Assembly: GCA_038496445.1 (NCBI GenBank)
Contig: JALMLS010000310.1
Span: 62,001-126,000, forward strand
DNA length: 64,000 nucleotides
Reading direction: 5' to 3'
From: Trichosphaerium sp. ATCC 40318
Lineage: Eukaryota > Protista > Tubulinea
The notes beneath the pieces are model-generated. The model was not told the DNA's origin. It searched no databases and was given only the letters and a program-made list of their open reading frames with translations. Shown one piece after another: positions 1-11,551 of the stretch (position 1 is the first letter of the stretch; the number at the start of each line of letters is the position of its first letter). The position numbers and the translations under genes were made by a program.

Positions 1-291
1 TGTTTTTTGTTGTCAATAAAATGACTTTCAAGTCATTTACTGCTTGATACAAGTAACGGACGTGGTTTGCTTCAAAGTAAGTGTGCTGACGTTGCCCATT
101 TTTTCCGTTGTTATAAATATAATACAGACCTTTAAACGATTGTAGTAATGTAGTGATACGTCTTTTAGTGATATCAACAAACTGTCTTGAAACCAGAACT
201 ATTTTTTTGGTTTTCGTCAGCAACTCAACTTGTTAGGTTAATACTAACCTTTTCCTGTCTTGGACAATACAGATACCGCTAATATAGTCAT
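1..291 (-). CDS. ARCN1: Coatomer subunit delta (delta-COP), 5' part; runs off the window start
   Basis: Splicing one intron gives MTILAVSVLSKTGK|VLVSRQFVDITKRRITTLLQSF...QHTYFEANHVRYLYQAVNDLKVILLTTKN, which matches the delta-COP/Ret2 N-terminal longin domain. Confidence 0.92.
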
Positions 292-999
292 GTGGTCTAA
301 TCTATTAAGCTGTTATTATAGTGTTCCATCAATAAAATTAATAAACAATGAGCGACGTGGTCATTTTCTCCAAAACCCCATCCATTCCAAAACTGGTTTT
401 TCATTTTATCTCACGTACTTACCTCAAAAAACTGCCCTTATTTTGTGTACAAAACACTGTCGCTTGTTCTACTAGGCGCCACAACTAAATCCCCCTAGCG
501 TTAAGCACGAATTCTATTAGCACGTGATAAATGTACTGAAAACTATTGCGAGCAAATACTAAGCTGTTCGTTGGAATTTAGAAATAAAGGTCCACTAGTG
601 GTACGTAGAAGCTGGATTACGCACGAAAAAACTAATATAATAGTTCAAGAAGTTAAATGATGTCTACATAAGAATTTTTGACGTCATCTCGCATGTTTGT
701 GGTTAACTTTGCGTACACTAGGCTTAATAACGAAATTGGCGCACTCACACCATCTACAGGGCGTTTCTATACCTTTTAAGGGGAATTTTTTTAACAAGTG
801 CACGCAGCGACTAAAAACGTACAAGCACGTCAAAAACGCCCAATACACTAGTGCACAAAGGTTACCTTCCTATTTCTACCTTCTCAACAAAAAATGTCAC
901 ACATTGTTAAATTTCGAATCACTTAACTGCGCGAAAACTCGTCAAAAATAGACTGCGTCAACTGACGAAAAAGCAGTATAAACAAGCAGCTCTACAACT

Positions 1000-2805
1000 A
1001 TGGCAACACAAGAAGGCCGATCTCTACGTAGAGAACTATCTCATCAACAAGACAGTTATAAGGAGTTTTGGCTTCGAAATGAAACTGAAGATCTCTCTAG
1101 CGTGCCAAGAGAAGCCTTAGAGAACGAAGTACGCGGAGAATTCAAATTTTCTTGAATTACACTTCACTAACTATCTCGCTAGGTATTAGCTCTACGCAAA
1201 GAGCTCAATGTAAAGGACAATATACAGATGAATACTTATCACGAATACAGAGACGTTTTATCTCACGGCACAACCGGAAAACATCCGTCAGACTACCTCC
1301 ATTTGAACCAAACAGTATCTTCAGATGCTTCAGAGACAGTGTCTATTCGTGAAACGCTTCGGAAAGCAGGTAAGTTGGCCGACTTTTCGTTTTTTCAATT
1401 TTTTCACCGCAAACCACTATAGAATCGCAGTAAATAACATAGTAATTAGGTAACCGTGCTCTTGGTGGTGGTGTACTTGGAGCCGCAGCTATGGGCATGC
1501 AGGTAAGGGAGATTTTTGGGTTTTTTTGATTTTGGATTTTTATCACGTTCTAACTCCTTTTCAGGTTACAACTCTCATGTGGATGAGAACCACAATGAAC
1601 TACCAGTACCGCCACGGTACTACAACAACACAAGCGATTAAACACTTGTACAAGGTAACATTCTCTTTCCTATTCCAATAAAATCGCTTGTTTACCCTTG
1701 TAACAGGAAGGAGGGTTACCAAGGTTTTACAAAGGGTACCTACCAGCTATGTTCCAGGGACCTCTAAGTAGATTCGGCGATACAGCCGCAAACGCCGGAA
1801 TTATGGCTCTTTTGGATTCGAATGACACTTTAAGGAATTTACCTGTCATGGTTAAGACTGTCGCTTCTTCAGCTACTGCTGCTCTTTGGCGTATAGCACT
1901 TATGCCTATCGATACATGTAAAACAATTATGCAGGTAAGAAGGATAAAGGAAAAAACTGTTCTAATTTACTTCACAATTTTTCTTTTTTTTTATTGTATC
2001 GACGCACTAACAAATCCAAGGTTGAAGGAAATCAAGGCTTTAAAATTCTTGCAAATAAAGTTAAAGTTGGTGGTGTACCTGTACTATATCACGGAGCTTT
2101 GGGATCATACGCAGGTCAGTAAAACTATTTACAAGAGCACTAGGAAATGTCTCTTTAAAAGTCTCATTACTAACTTTTTGTAGCTACATTTGTTGGTCAC
2201 TATCCGTGGTTTGCAACCTTTAATTTTCTAAGTGCCTCTATTCCAAACCCAGATGACCTATGGCTTAAACTAAGTCGTAATGCGTTCATTGGTTTTAGTT
2301 GTTCTGCTGTATCTGATTGTGCGTACTCAAACAGTTTTGTACCTTATTTCTTTTTCTGAGAAAAAAAAAATGAAAAAAAAATTGTGAAGCTAATGGATGT
2401 GCCTTTAGGTATCTCTAATTCTCTTCGCGTAATCAAGACAACTAAGCAAACAACTAAAGAACCTATAAGCTATAGAGGCGCTGTGCGTATGATTTTAGAA
2501 AAAGACGGAGCTATGGGTCTTTTTGGAAGAGGTTTAAAGACACGTCTTTTATGCAATGGTCTTCAAGGCATGTTATTCGTAGTATTGTGGAAGGTACGAA
2601 CAAAAAAATTTGTTTCTAAGACGAGATTTTAGAGAAGTTGCAAAAGTAGTGGTCTTTTTTTAAGATACCGTTGTGTCATCTTTTCGCTAAATTATTGTTT
2701 TTTATTGCCATTTGAAAGCTTTTAGATTAAAAAAAGAATTTTTACGCTAATGTTGTTTAGGGCATGGAAGAAGCGTTACTCAACCGCTACGGTGAATATT
2801 TCTAA
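1000..2805 (+). CDS. Mitochondrial carrier family (SLC25-like) protein, ~9 exons
   Basis: Spliced product has three carrier repeats: RALGGGVLGAAAMGMQVTTLMWMRTTMNYQYRHG...EGGLPRFYKG; LMPIDTCKTIMQVEG; SNSLRVIKTTKQT...DGAMGLFGRGLKTRLLCNGLQG. Ends GMEEALLNRYGEYF*. Confidence 0.9.
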
Positions 2806-3065
2806 TGTAGTACAAGCATAGGAACCCTTTTTGTAAAGTAAAAATCAAGTTGAGCAGTTGTGTAATGATTTCTTTGTCGAAAAAACGCAGGCAAAATATC
2901 GCAAACTTTACGACTTTCTTGAAAATTAGTTGATATTTCACTTTTTTTGAACGTTTCCAACTCCAAATTATCAAGAACGCTTTGAAGTACTTTAAACATG
3001 CATTCCTATCAGTATTATTCTGTTTTAGCTAAAACCACTTTTTTTTTTTCAGTTCTTTCTGGAGG

Positions 3066-3072
3066 TATAAAA
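3066..3072 (+). promoter_or_regulatory. TATA box (TATAAAA) about 30 nt upstream of the candidate ncRNA
   Basis: TATAAAAG lies 28-31 nt before AATGGGGAG, the 5' strand of the terminal helix. This spacing fits a type-3 Pol III promoter. Confidence 0.55.
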
Positions 3073-3096
3073 GGGCCTTGTTTGCTGTTTTCTAAT

Positions 3097-3617
3097 GGGG
3101 AGCGGCAGTAGTACGATACGCAACCAACAAACTAGCGTCTGTTGGACTGATACCTGCAGCGGACCCGAAACTAGGACAGTGAGAGAACTTTGGCATATTC
3201 GTCCAATTAGATATTCCGCTGTCTTGTTCGGGTAAGCAACGGTTGATGTCAGCATTAGAGACAGCTGTGACCGGATTGCTTAAGTCGCCATTGGAAACGT
3301 GTTTCTTCGTTAACTATGACTATCTCAACAACTCCTGAAAAGCACCTATCTGAACTTCAACTATCATAAACTATATGTTTCATTGTTTCTGTAAGCGCAG
3401 GTGTAGAGTAGGCGGGAGTTCAAGCAAATTGGACGTCCATGAAACACCGCTACTGCGTTTACAACCATCATTGAACATCCTTCCAGACGAGGAATACAGG
3501 GCTCTATATGAGTCTTGTACCCGACTACCACAAATAAGCTCGCGTAGCCTGACACTTCCCTTAATTGGGAGCAAACTCAGCGCGAGAAAAATGCACGTGC
3601 CGCCACCTCCCCTTTTT
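3097..3617 (+). ncRNA. Candidate ~520-nt structured non-coding RNA (Pol III-like), family unassigned
   Basis: GC-elevated intergenic block with no credible spliced ORF. The 5' end GGGGAGCGGCA pairs with the 3' end TGCCGC-CAC-CTCCCC, followed directly by TTTTT. At least 8 internal helices of 7-17 bp, with G.U wobbles that work on the + strand. Confidence 0.7.
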
Positions 3618-3624
3618 GTTTTTT
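3613..3624 (+). terminator. Oligo-T Pol III-type terminator (TTTTTGTTTTTT)
   Basis: T5-G-T6 run directly after the 3' strand of the terminal helix. Confidence 0.5.
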
Positions 3625-3851
3625 GTCATGACTTACATGTTGCGAGGCTAACAACTATGGGTACACCATTTATAACTTTTTTTCTTCAGGTATTGAAGTG
3701 AGTGCGAAGGGTTACGTAGTTTACAAATTCTGTGTGAAAAAAAAGTTGTACTTTAAATAAGTTGACTGTAGCAGTAGTGGTTTACCTCAACGCAATATAA
3801 CACTGATTTACGTATTTACGTAACCTATGGGCGTTTAAAGAAACTTAAATC

Positions 3852-4528
3852 ATGTTTCATCAATTAACTGCAACCACCAGCCTCGTAGAGGAACTGGATA
3901 GTGCGAAAAGGACATAGAACTACAATTTACTCATATTTCCATTTAGAAAAAATATTAGTCGTTTTAAGAGATGGGAGAAAGTACGTAGGCATATTACGGT
4001 CATTTGATCAATTCGGTGCGCATTTTGATGCATTTGAAGCTATTTTAAATTAGACGAAATCTAACGCATGCTATAGCGAATGTGGTAATGGAAGACACCG
4101 TTGAGCGCGTTTTCGTTGATAATAAGTATGGCGAGAAAGACATTGGTTTATTTGTAGTACGTGGAGAAAACGTTACGCTCATTGGTACGTATACCCTTAT
4201 CCTGAGTGGTTTGTTCATTATTCAAAAAGGCGAACTTGACTTGGACAAAGAAGCAGCATTGCGTCGTGATAAAACAATAATACGTGTAACTAAAAAAGAG
4301 ACACCGAAGCTCATTCAAGTACGTACAATGAAGATATTCACAAAACACAAAAAAACGTTGAATTTCTATCATTTCCTACTTTCTTTGTTGTAAAGGAACT
4401 CAACTAATTTTAAACGTAAGGAAGCAAAGAAGCGTCAAGAGGAAGCAGCAATAATCCAAAAAAAGAAGAATACAGTATTAAGACAATTTGGGTTATACGC
4501 TGATCCTGAAGGCCTTGACTTTTTGTAA
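3852..4528 (+). CDS. LSM1: Sm-like protein LSm1, 5 exons
   Basis: TSLVEELDKKILVVLRDGRKYVGILRSFDQFANVVMEDTVERVFVDNKYGEKDIGLFVVRGENVTLIGELDLDKE is the characteristic LSm1 sequence, followed by a helical C-terminal extension. Confidence 0.93.
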
Positions 4529-4863
4529 ACAAAAAAAAATTGGGAAAAAAACAATGTCATTTAATGAAAAAAAAAGAAAAAAGGTCGAAATATTTGAACC
4601 CAAGTTGTTTGCATAGTTTTCTCTTGCTATTAGCAGCTTATATGTGTAATTAAGCATTACCTAAGTAGTAGCTAAAAGGTGACACAGTCTACGTTAACGC
4701 AGAAAAGGCAAAAATGTCAAACTTGTTTTACTTTTTTTTATGTTTTGACATTTCTTGTTCAATTAACAGTACAACACAATTAATAAAATAGGGTACCCGT
4801 ATAAATCTTAGAACAATCAAATATGATACAGTGATGTTTATAGGCGAATCAAAAGGAATTTGG

Positions 4864-7364
4864 TTATGACTACAACAAGTTAATAAACTTTTGAAAAAAA
4901 ATGTAACGAAATTTCGTTTATGACTTGCCTTCCATATCTTAAGAATACCATCATCACTGTAACTACCAAGAAGATTTCTGTGAGGATGATGACAAGCACC
5001 AATAATCTACATAATACCATTAGATAACGTAAAAAAAAAACCAAGAGGAGGAAGACTGAAAAACAACAGCAAAAAAAATTTCCGTTACCTCTTTGTCATG
5101 GAGCTTTACAAAAAATTCTAGCTTGTCTGTCTTTGTAGAGAAACAGTATAACACGTTATCTTCAGCAATACCATAAACCCATTCACACTTTGGAGATACA
5201 ACACAAACAGTAAAATCACTTCCTTTCGTGTGTCCTGCAGAGTACGTCTTGAGGATCTACAAAAAAAAATGAGCCGACTTAATTACATGTAAAGTAAAAC
5301 CCTTGACTTAAATAAAGGCACGTACCTGTCCGTCTAAATTCATGACATATAGTGTACTGGATTGATCGCATACAACAATATTATCAGTCCCAATAAGAGA
5401 ATGAATTGAGTGTATAGGTGTTTCAGTTGTTAAGTTAGAAGGTGAAAAAGTTTGAAGGCAATCTGTAGTCTGAGCATCCCATGTACGTATAGTGCCATCT
5501 GAAGAACATGATATTACTACATCACCATCTGAAGACCATATAGCCCTATTTACAAACGATGTATGCCCACGGAATATCTTTAATGTCTTTCCAGACTTTA
5601 AACCATGAATCCTTTGGTAGAAGTTAAACTACTTGATTTTGTCTTTAAAAAATCACTGTGGGATATTACCTTACTGTATTATCGTAAGAAGCTGATAGAA
5701 CTTTGTTGTGACCAGATGAAAATTGTACTGAAGTAACACCTAGACGTGAAATGTCAAAATAAAGCAAAAACGTGCAAGCTCAAAAAAAAAATAACTAAAG
5801 TTTGCGCTGTACCTTTGGTGTGAGCTTTAGGGAACCTCCTTAGACATCTACCTGTTTTTATTTGCCACACCTACATGATTTTAAGTCAATTTTATAACTC
5901 AGAAAACCTAAAATGTCAAGGTAATGCGAAATTTTAACGGTTTTTTTTCATACCTTTATTTTACCATCTTGAGAGCCAACTACTATTGTTTCAGAATCGC
6001 GACTAAATTGCATACATAAAATAGCTTGTTCATGTATCATAAATTTCTCTTCAGCCTGTCGTAAAAGTCAGTTACTTATGTACAAATTGTTTTCTTTTAC
6101 AAAGTGTCACAAACCTGATACTTTAGGTCCTTTCTTAACTTGCCAGATAGAAAGTCCCATACTTCTAAGAATCCATCAAATGAACCAGTAACGAGAAATT
6201 GACCATCAGGAGAAAATGCTAAACCAAGTATAAGGATAAACAAACAAGGTACAAAGTCATACCAGCAACTTCCGGATGAGATTTCTGAGCAAATTTTATA
6301 GTAACAGCAACACGTCTCGGATAAGTCTCATGGGTATCCTTATCAGGCGCACGTCCTCTAAATAGATCATATGCTTGACCAGCAGCCAATTGACCCTTGA
6401 TTCGATATTAGTTACACAACGGGAAAAATAAAAGGCTGCGTCGGTAAAATACTTTAAGTTGCTGATACTTCAGTGCTTGTCCAAGTAAAGAAATTAACCT
6501 TGATGGCGGTACAACAGATACTTCTTCAGCAAGTGATTTTGCTAATCTTGCTCTGCTCTTTTCTTTAGATCCTAGAGGGTAGTACTACAAAAAACAAAAA
6601 AGGGTTAAACAAAGCAAAAAAAAAAAAATTAATAATTTCTCGATACGCACTTCTTTGGCGTCAAAGTAACTACGAGCTAGCAAATGCTCTAATTTATGAT
6701 ACCTATCTGGTTGTTCTGCTTTCATTATTGTCATTGGTTGTGTTTGGCGTAATATAGTGCGTGCAACCTATCAAAAAAGGCGTGTTAAGACTGATGTCTC
6801 TTTGCATAAAAAAGTGTCAAGATATATGACTGTTTCGTCTTGTAATGCATGATTTAAAAGCACTATTAGCATCGCGGTATTGCGCACCTCCAGTTCTTGT
6901 AGCTCGGCAAGCTCTAGAATAATTTGTTCGTACAAAGCCTGCATTTTTGCCATTGGTAGCTTTACTTGATCAATAGCGGACAGTACGTTTTCCCAACGTC
7001 CGTTCTTGACGTTTGAAATAAAAACATCGACATTTTCGACAGTATTCAGCGATATTTGAGCTTCTTTCTGTTTAAACATACTTTGTAAGGAGAATAATTT
7101 CAAAAAACAAGTGAAAAAAGCGCCACTATAATTTTAAGCGTAAAAGACGCTCAGATTCGAGACTACACGCTTATTCATACCTGTAGGGCTTCAAATGTGT
7201 TTAGCAAGTTACTTTCCTTCAAAAATTGAAGACAAAGGCGGATTACACTACAACGTTATTATAAATGAGAAATAAACGGTGCAGAAACATTAATGTTTTA
7301 GTTTGATTTTTTAGAGACTCAGAACATTGTCGTACTCTCCAGCGTCAATCTCTACTGTGCTCAT
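4864..7364 (-). CDS. SMU1: WD40-repeat spliceosomal protein SMU1, ~14 exons; last intron is GC-AG
   Basis: [24 protein letters not shown] (LisH), [24 protein letters not shown] (CTLH), [95 protein letters not shown]|S*. Confidence 0.95.
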
Positions 7365-7576
7365 GCTGCCTCAATCAATTCGGCATTGCCAAAGTATTTT
7401 GTAGTGGTTTACGCTAAGATTTTCACCCAAAATATCCATCTGGTTTAGTCGGAGCGCGTAACTCTGTATTTTTATACTATTTCGGATACTTGTTCACGCA
7501 GCTTACGCTGACTTGTTTTGGTTTATTGTCAATGTCATGATTGTCCGTAATTTCTAAAACGGTGCAAACAGTGCAA

Positions 7577-10500
7577 ATGGCATCGAAAACTAGCAAGATG
7601 ATCAAAAAGAAGAAAAGCATCGACTTGGCTGGTAAGCGATTGGACGGTGAACAAGTATTGGCGGAGCTAAAACTGAGGCCGTGCCCAGAGACGATATCAG
7701 AGGTTAAGATAAACAATAACTTGGTGTCCTCGCTCAATTTCGACGCACTTGCTGCTCTTTTACCGAATCTATCAACTTTAAACGTGAGCAAGAATAATAT
7801 ACGCAAATTGAGCCCAAATATCGCGAAATTAACGTCGCTCACGAAGCTCAACCTCAAGGATGTAGGGATTAGCAAATTACCGTCCCAAATCGGTGGTTTA
7901 ACTAATCTCACTGATCTGCAGCTACAACACAACATGCTCGCGTTTTTGCCCAATCAACTCACGGACTTGGTAAATTTGAGCAAGCTTAACGTATCCAACA
8001 ACAAGTTACGCTCATTGTTGCCCTCCTTGTTCAAAATGACGAAACTCTCGAAGCTAAACATAGAAAATAATCCGCTCATGTGCCCACCGACATTTATTTG
8101 CGCTAAAGGACTCACCCAGACACTACGCTACCTGCAGCATGTTTACGAGGACCTAAACGACAAAGACTTGCCCAGATTTCCTAAACTGCGTTTACGAACA
8201 ACACAGGACGCTACTGATACTGAGGGATCGCGTTCGTTTTTGGTACAATAACTTTTTATTTTGAAACGAAAAATCGTTGTATACTCCCTGACTTACTGCT
8301 ACAATAGACGGACGTCAGAGATGCATTTTTTGTAGTATCTCATTGCGTAACAACAACACAAGTACGTGATCTTTTACAGTTTTTTTTTTGAAACTAGGCA
8401 TTTGCCTCTAATAGTATTTTTTCTTTGCAACAGGGAAACAGACCTTACATGGAGGATCGTTATAAAATAGAACCTGCAATAAATATTGTAGACTACTTAT
8501 CAAAAAGACAATTACAGCGTATAGAACGGCGGAAACAAAGAGCTCAAAGGCGGATAAGTAGAGAAGGAGCAAAACCCGATGTACCAGGTGAAGAAACGCG
8601 TGAAAGCATCTCAAAGGCACATTTACGCCAGCGGAGTAAGTCTGAGACGAAAAATATAAGTCCTTCTAAATCGTACGTAAACAAACGGTTAAATTTTGAA
8701 ACGTGCGTATTTGTAACCACAGTATGCGTATTTTAATTTTTAACTTCTTTTCTACCCTCCTTAATTTTTTTTTAAACGAACACATTTCGTCAAAATCGTG
8801 TTCTTAGCCATCTACGACCTCAACCTTTTTTTTGTTTTTTTTGATACCCATTTTTGGTTAAAACACGCTATCGGGTTGCAATTACGCATGGGAGTAAATT
8901 TTTATAGCGTGTGGTTCTATAGATTTTTGTATGGGTTTTATTTCGAGTCTAGAAAAAATTGAAGAGAGCTTCGATGTATTTTTTCTTTGACTTTGTTCGA
9001 TTTTGTGATTTGTTTTTTTCTTTTTGCTGTTTGAAAATATTTTATTTGTTGCTACAGCTGTATGTATATATTATTCAAGTGCTCACCGACTTATTTAAAG
9101 ACATAGTGGGAGTAGAAGATTTTCAAATCCTCCACAAGTTGACGAGCCATCTTCTCACTCTAATGGAGTCCGAAGTCCATCTCCAAGTAAAAAAGCTCTT
9201 GGTCGTTTAGTTAAGAGAAAAAAAGGAAAAAAAGCTTCAGCACTACCTGATATACAAACTATTGAAGAGGAACCTTCAGAGCACTCTACAGAGGGTGATG
9301 CTAATCTTGATTATAATTTTATGACGTCTATGGGTAAAATAGCATTCTTTGGTTTATATGATGGACATGGTGGTGATAGAGCGGCTGATTATTGCACGGA
9401 CTTGCTTCATGTAAATATCTTTAAGCAGTACCGTTGTTTTATGGAACATAATATACCTGCTGCAATGAAACAAGGTTTTATAGATACTGATAAGGGTTTT
9501 CTATCTCTTGCAAAAGGAGGAGATCAAGTACGTCATTGTTTTGTGAAACTTTTATTTTTTCTTTTATTTTTTCGATTTTCGTTTCTAACGTGAGAAGAAG
9601 TGGCGAGATGGGTCGACTGGTCTTGTACTTTTATTACAGAACAATAAGTTATTTACTGCGCATGTGGGGGACTCACGTGCTGTACTATGTCGTGAAAAGA
9701 GAGCGATTGAACTTACTGATGATCATAAACCTGATCGTGAAGATGAACAACAACGGTATGAAAATACCTCCCTACCTAAAGCTATATTTACTGACTAGTA
9801 CTTTAGGATAGAGTCTATTGGTGGTAGTGTGGTTTCAAATTCTTCAACAGGATGGATTGCACGTGTGAATGGGCATTTGGCTGTTTCAAGAGCTTTTGGT
9901 GATATACGATTAAAAACACCTTCAGAATTCGTTACTGCTGTTCCTGAGCTTGGTGAATTTATTCTTGATCACAATGACCAATTTATTATTATGGCTTCTG
10001 ATGGATTATGGGATGTGATGATAAACCAGGTATGTAAAATGTTCAGTAATGCGATGATATATCAAATCTTTTTTTTTTATAATTCACGTAAGCAACTCTA
10101 AAGAAATTTCTTTTTAGGAAGCTGTTGATATTGTACGCAAGTGTAAGGACAAAAAAGATGCGAGTGAGGAACTGGTTAATCGTGCTTTAAAATTAGGTAT
10201 GCATGGTGAATACATTCACAATCATTCAGACGAGTTTACTTTGTAATATTATTTTTTTGTTTGTACTAACCTTTTTCTTCTTCAGGTTCAAGTGATAACA
10301 TTACTGTTATTGTTATTTGGCTGCGATGGACAATTGACTTTCCTAGCACACCTAAAGCCCCTGGTTCACACGTTTCTCCCAAAGTAGAGGTTGATTCTGT
10401 TGCAAGCCATTCATCGTCTAGTCCAAAACGGTCAAGCGAAACTGAAGGTAGTCAAAATAAATCAAGTAACGGAAAATTTGTTACTATTGGAAAACGCGAT

Positions 10501-10794
10501 AAGCGTGGATCTAAACCAAGACCTGGTAAATCTCCTAGGTCTAGGAGGCATTCAGAAGCAAAGGATCGTAAGGAGAAATCAGATACGAGTAAAGAAAAGA
10601 GGCATAAATCAGCACAAAGACAGCAAAAAAGTTCAAAAAAAAGGGAATCATCCAAAAGACAACTAAAGCAACAACAACAGCAAAGTGTTGTTGCGAAATC
10701 AAATACTAGTATTGAAACAGTAGTAGATAGTGTAATATCAGATCCGGGTGACTCTGGTTACGAGGCTGCGGAAGATACCTTGTCAAATTCGTAA
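7577..10794 (+). CDS. Leucine-rich repeat plus PP2C (PPM) protein phosphatase with basic Ser/Lys/Arg-rich inserts and tail
   Basis: N-terminal LRRs (LTSLTKLNLKDVGISKLPSQIG...LNIENNPLMCPP). PP2C motifs QGNRPYMED, FFGLYDGHGG, AHVGDSRAVL, DHKPD, RVNGHLAVSRAFGD, IMASDGLWDV and GSSDNITV across spliced exons. Confidence 0.9.
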
Positions 10795-10976
10795 TTGTAC
10801 ATTATGTAATATAAAATTTTGATGCCGTCGAGTTCTCTAAGTTTCCGCATCTTAAGTACTGTCTGGTGATCAATACTTGCGATTGTCGGCACAAGAGAAA
10901 CCACAATCTTGAGGTTGATTTACGCGTCTTCATTTTAACAAAAAGAAAGGTGGTCTTTACTCTCTGAGCTTTGTGT

Positions 10977-11478
10977 TTATAGACTTTGTTTTTTTATTGT
11001 AGACGCGTAGAGCGCAAAATCGAATACTTGTAGACTTCGGTCTTTACGTTTTTTTGTTTCAGGTTCTCGGAATAGGTTTAATCGAGGTACTTTACGAGAA
11101 GTACAAGCGCCAAGTGTTCTTGAAGGATTTGTAAACAAGTAACGGTTATAAAGTAACTCACCGAATGACTGGAGTAGATGCTATGTTGCTTGATGCAACA
11201 CGTATTTTTTCAAACAGAAAGCCAGCCTGTTTTTTCGATACAATGAGCTTATTCGCTCTGCGTAGTTGTCTTTTAGATGTGAGGTTTCTGTCTGCACTTG
11301 TTCTTGTTGTTGTCCTTTTGTTTTCTATCCTTGTTCTTGTAGTTTTGTTTACTTTATATTTACCACTTTGGCGGCGTATAGGCACTAGCGAAGATGAAAA
11401 ATAAGATTTGAGAGCAGGTGTATCAATTTCATTGCAGTCAAATACGCTACGTGCTACTTCTCCACGTGCCATTCTCAT
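10977..11478 (-). CDS. Hypothetical highly basic protein (~150 aa, 2 exons)
   Basis: The 106-codon ORF ends at a GTGAGT donor. After the ...CTTCAAG acceptor the frame continues TLGACTSRKVPRLNLFREPETKKRKDRSLQVFDFALYASTIKKQSL*. No recognisable domain. Confidence 0.45.
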
Positions 11479-11551
11479 CTATTGGCAAGGTCCGTTAAGT
11501 AAGCTGCTAGAAATTTCGAGTTTTTTGGTTAATTGTAACAGAAAAGGAATA

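Noticed and set aside
3163-3171. ACCCGAAAC as a telomerase template for TTTCGGG repeats
   Set aside because: It is sequestered in a long hairpin with 3227-3233, and the window gives no evidence for such telomeres.
3245-3369. TCC-TGA resembling the ornithine decarboxylase antizyme +1 frameshift site
   Set aside because: The +1 frame stops after 10 codons and no antizyme domain follows. The region is better explained as structured RNA.
3049-3701. Short ORFs on both strands (60-108 aa) over the ncRNA candidate
   Set aside because: No recognisable domains, no consistent splice signals, and mutually overlapping frames.
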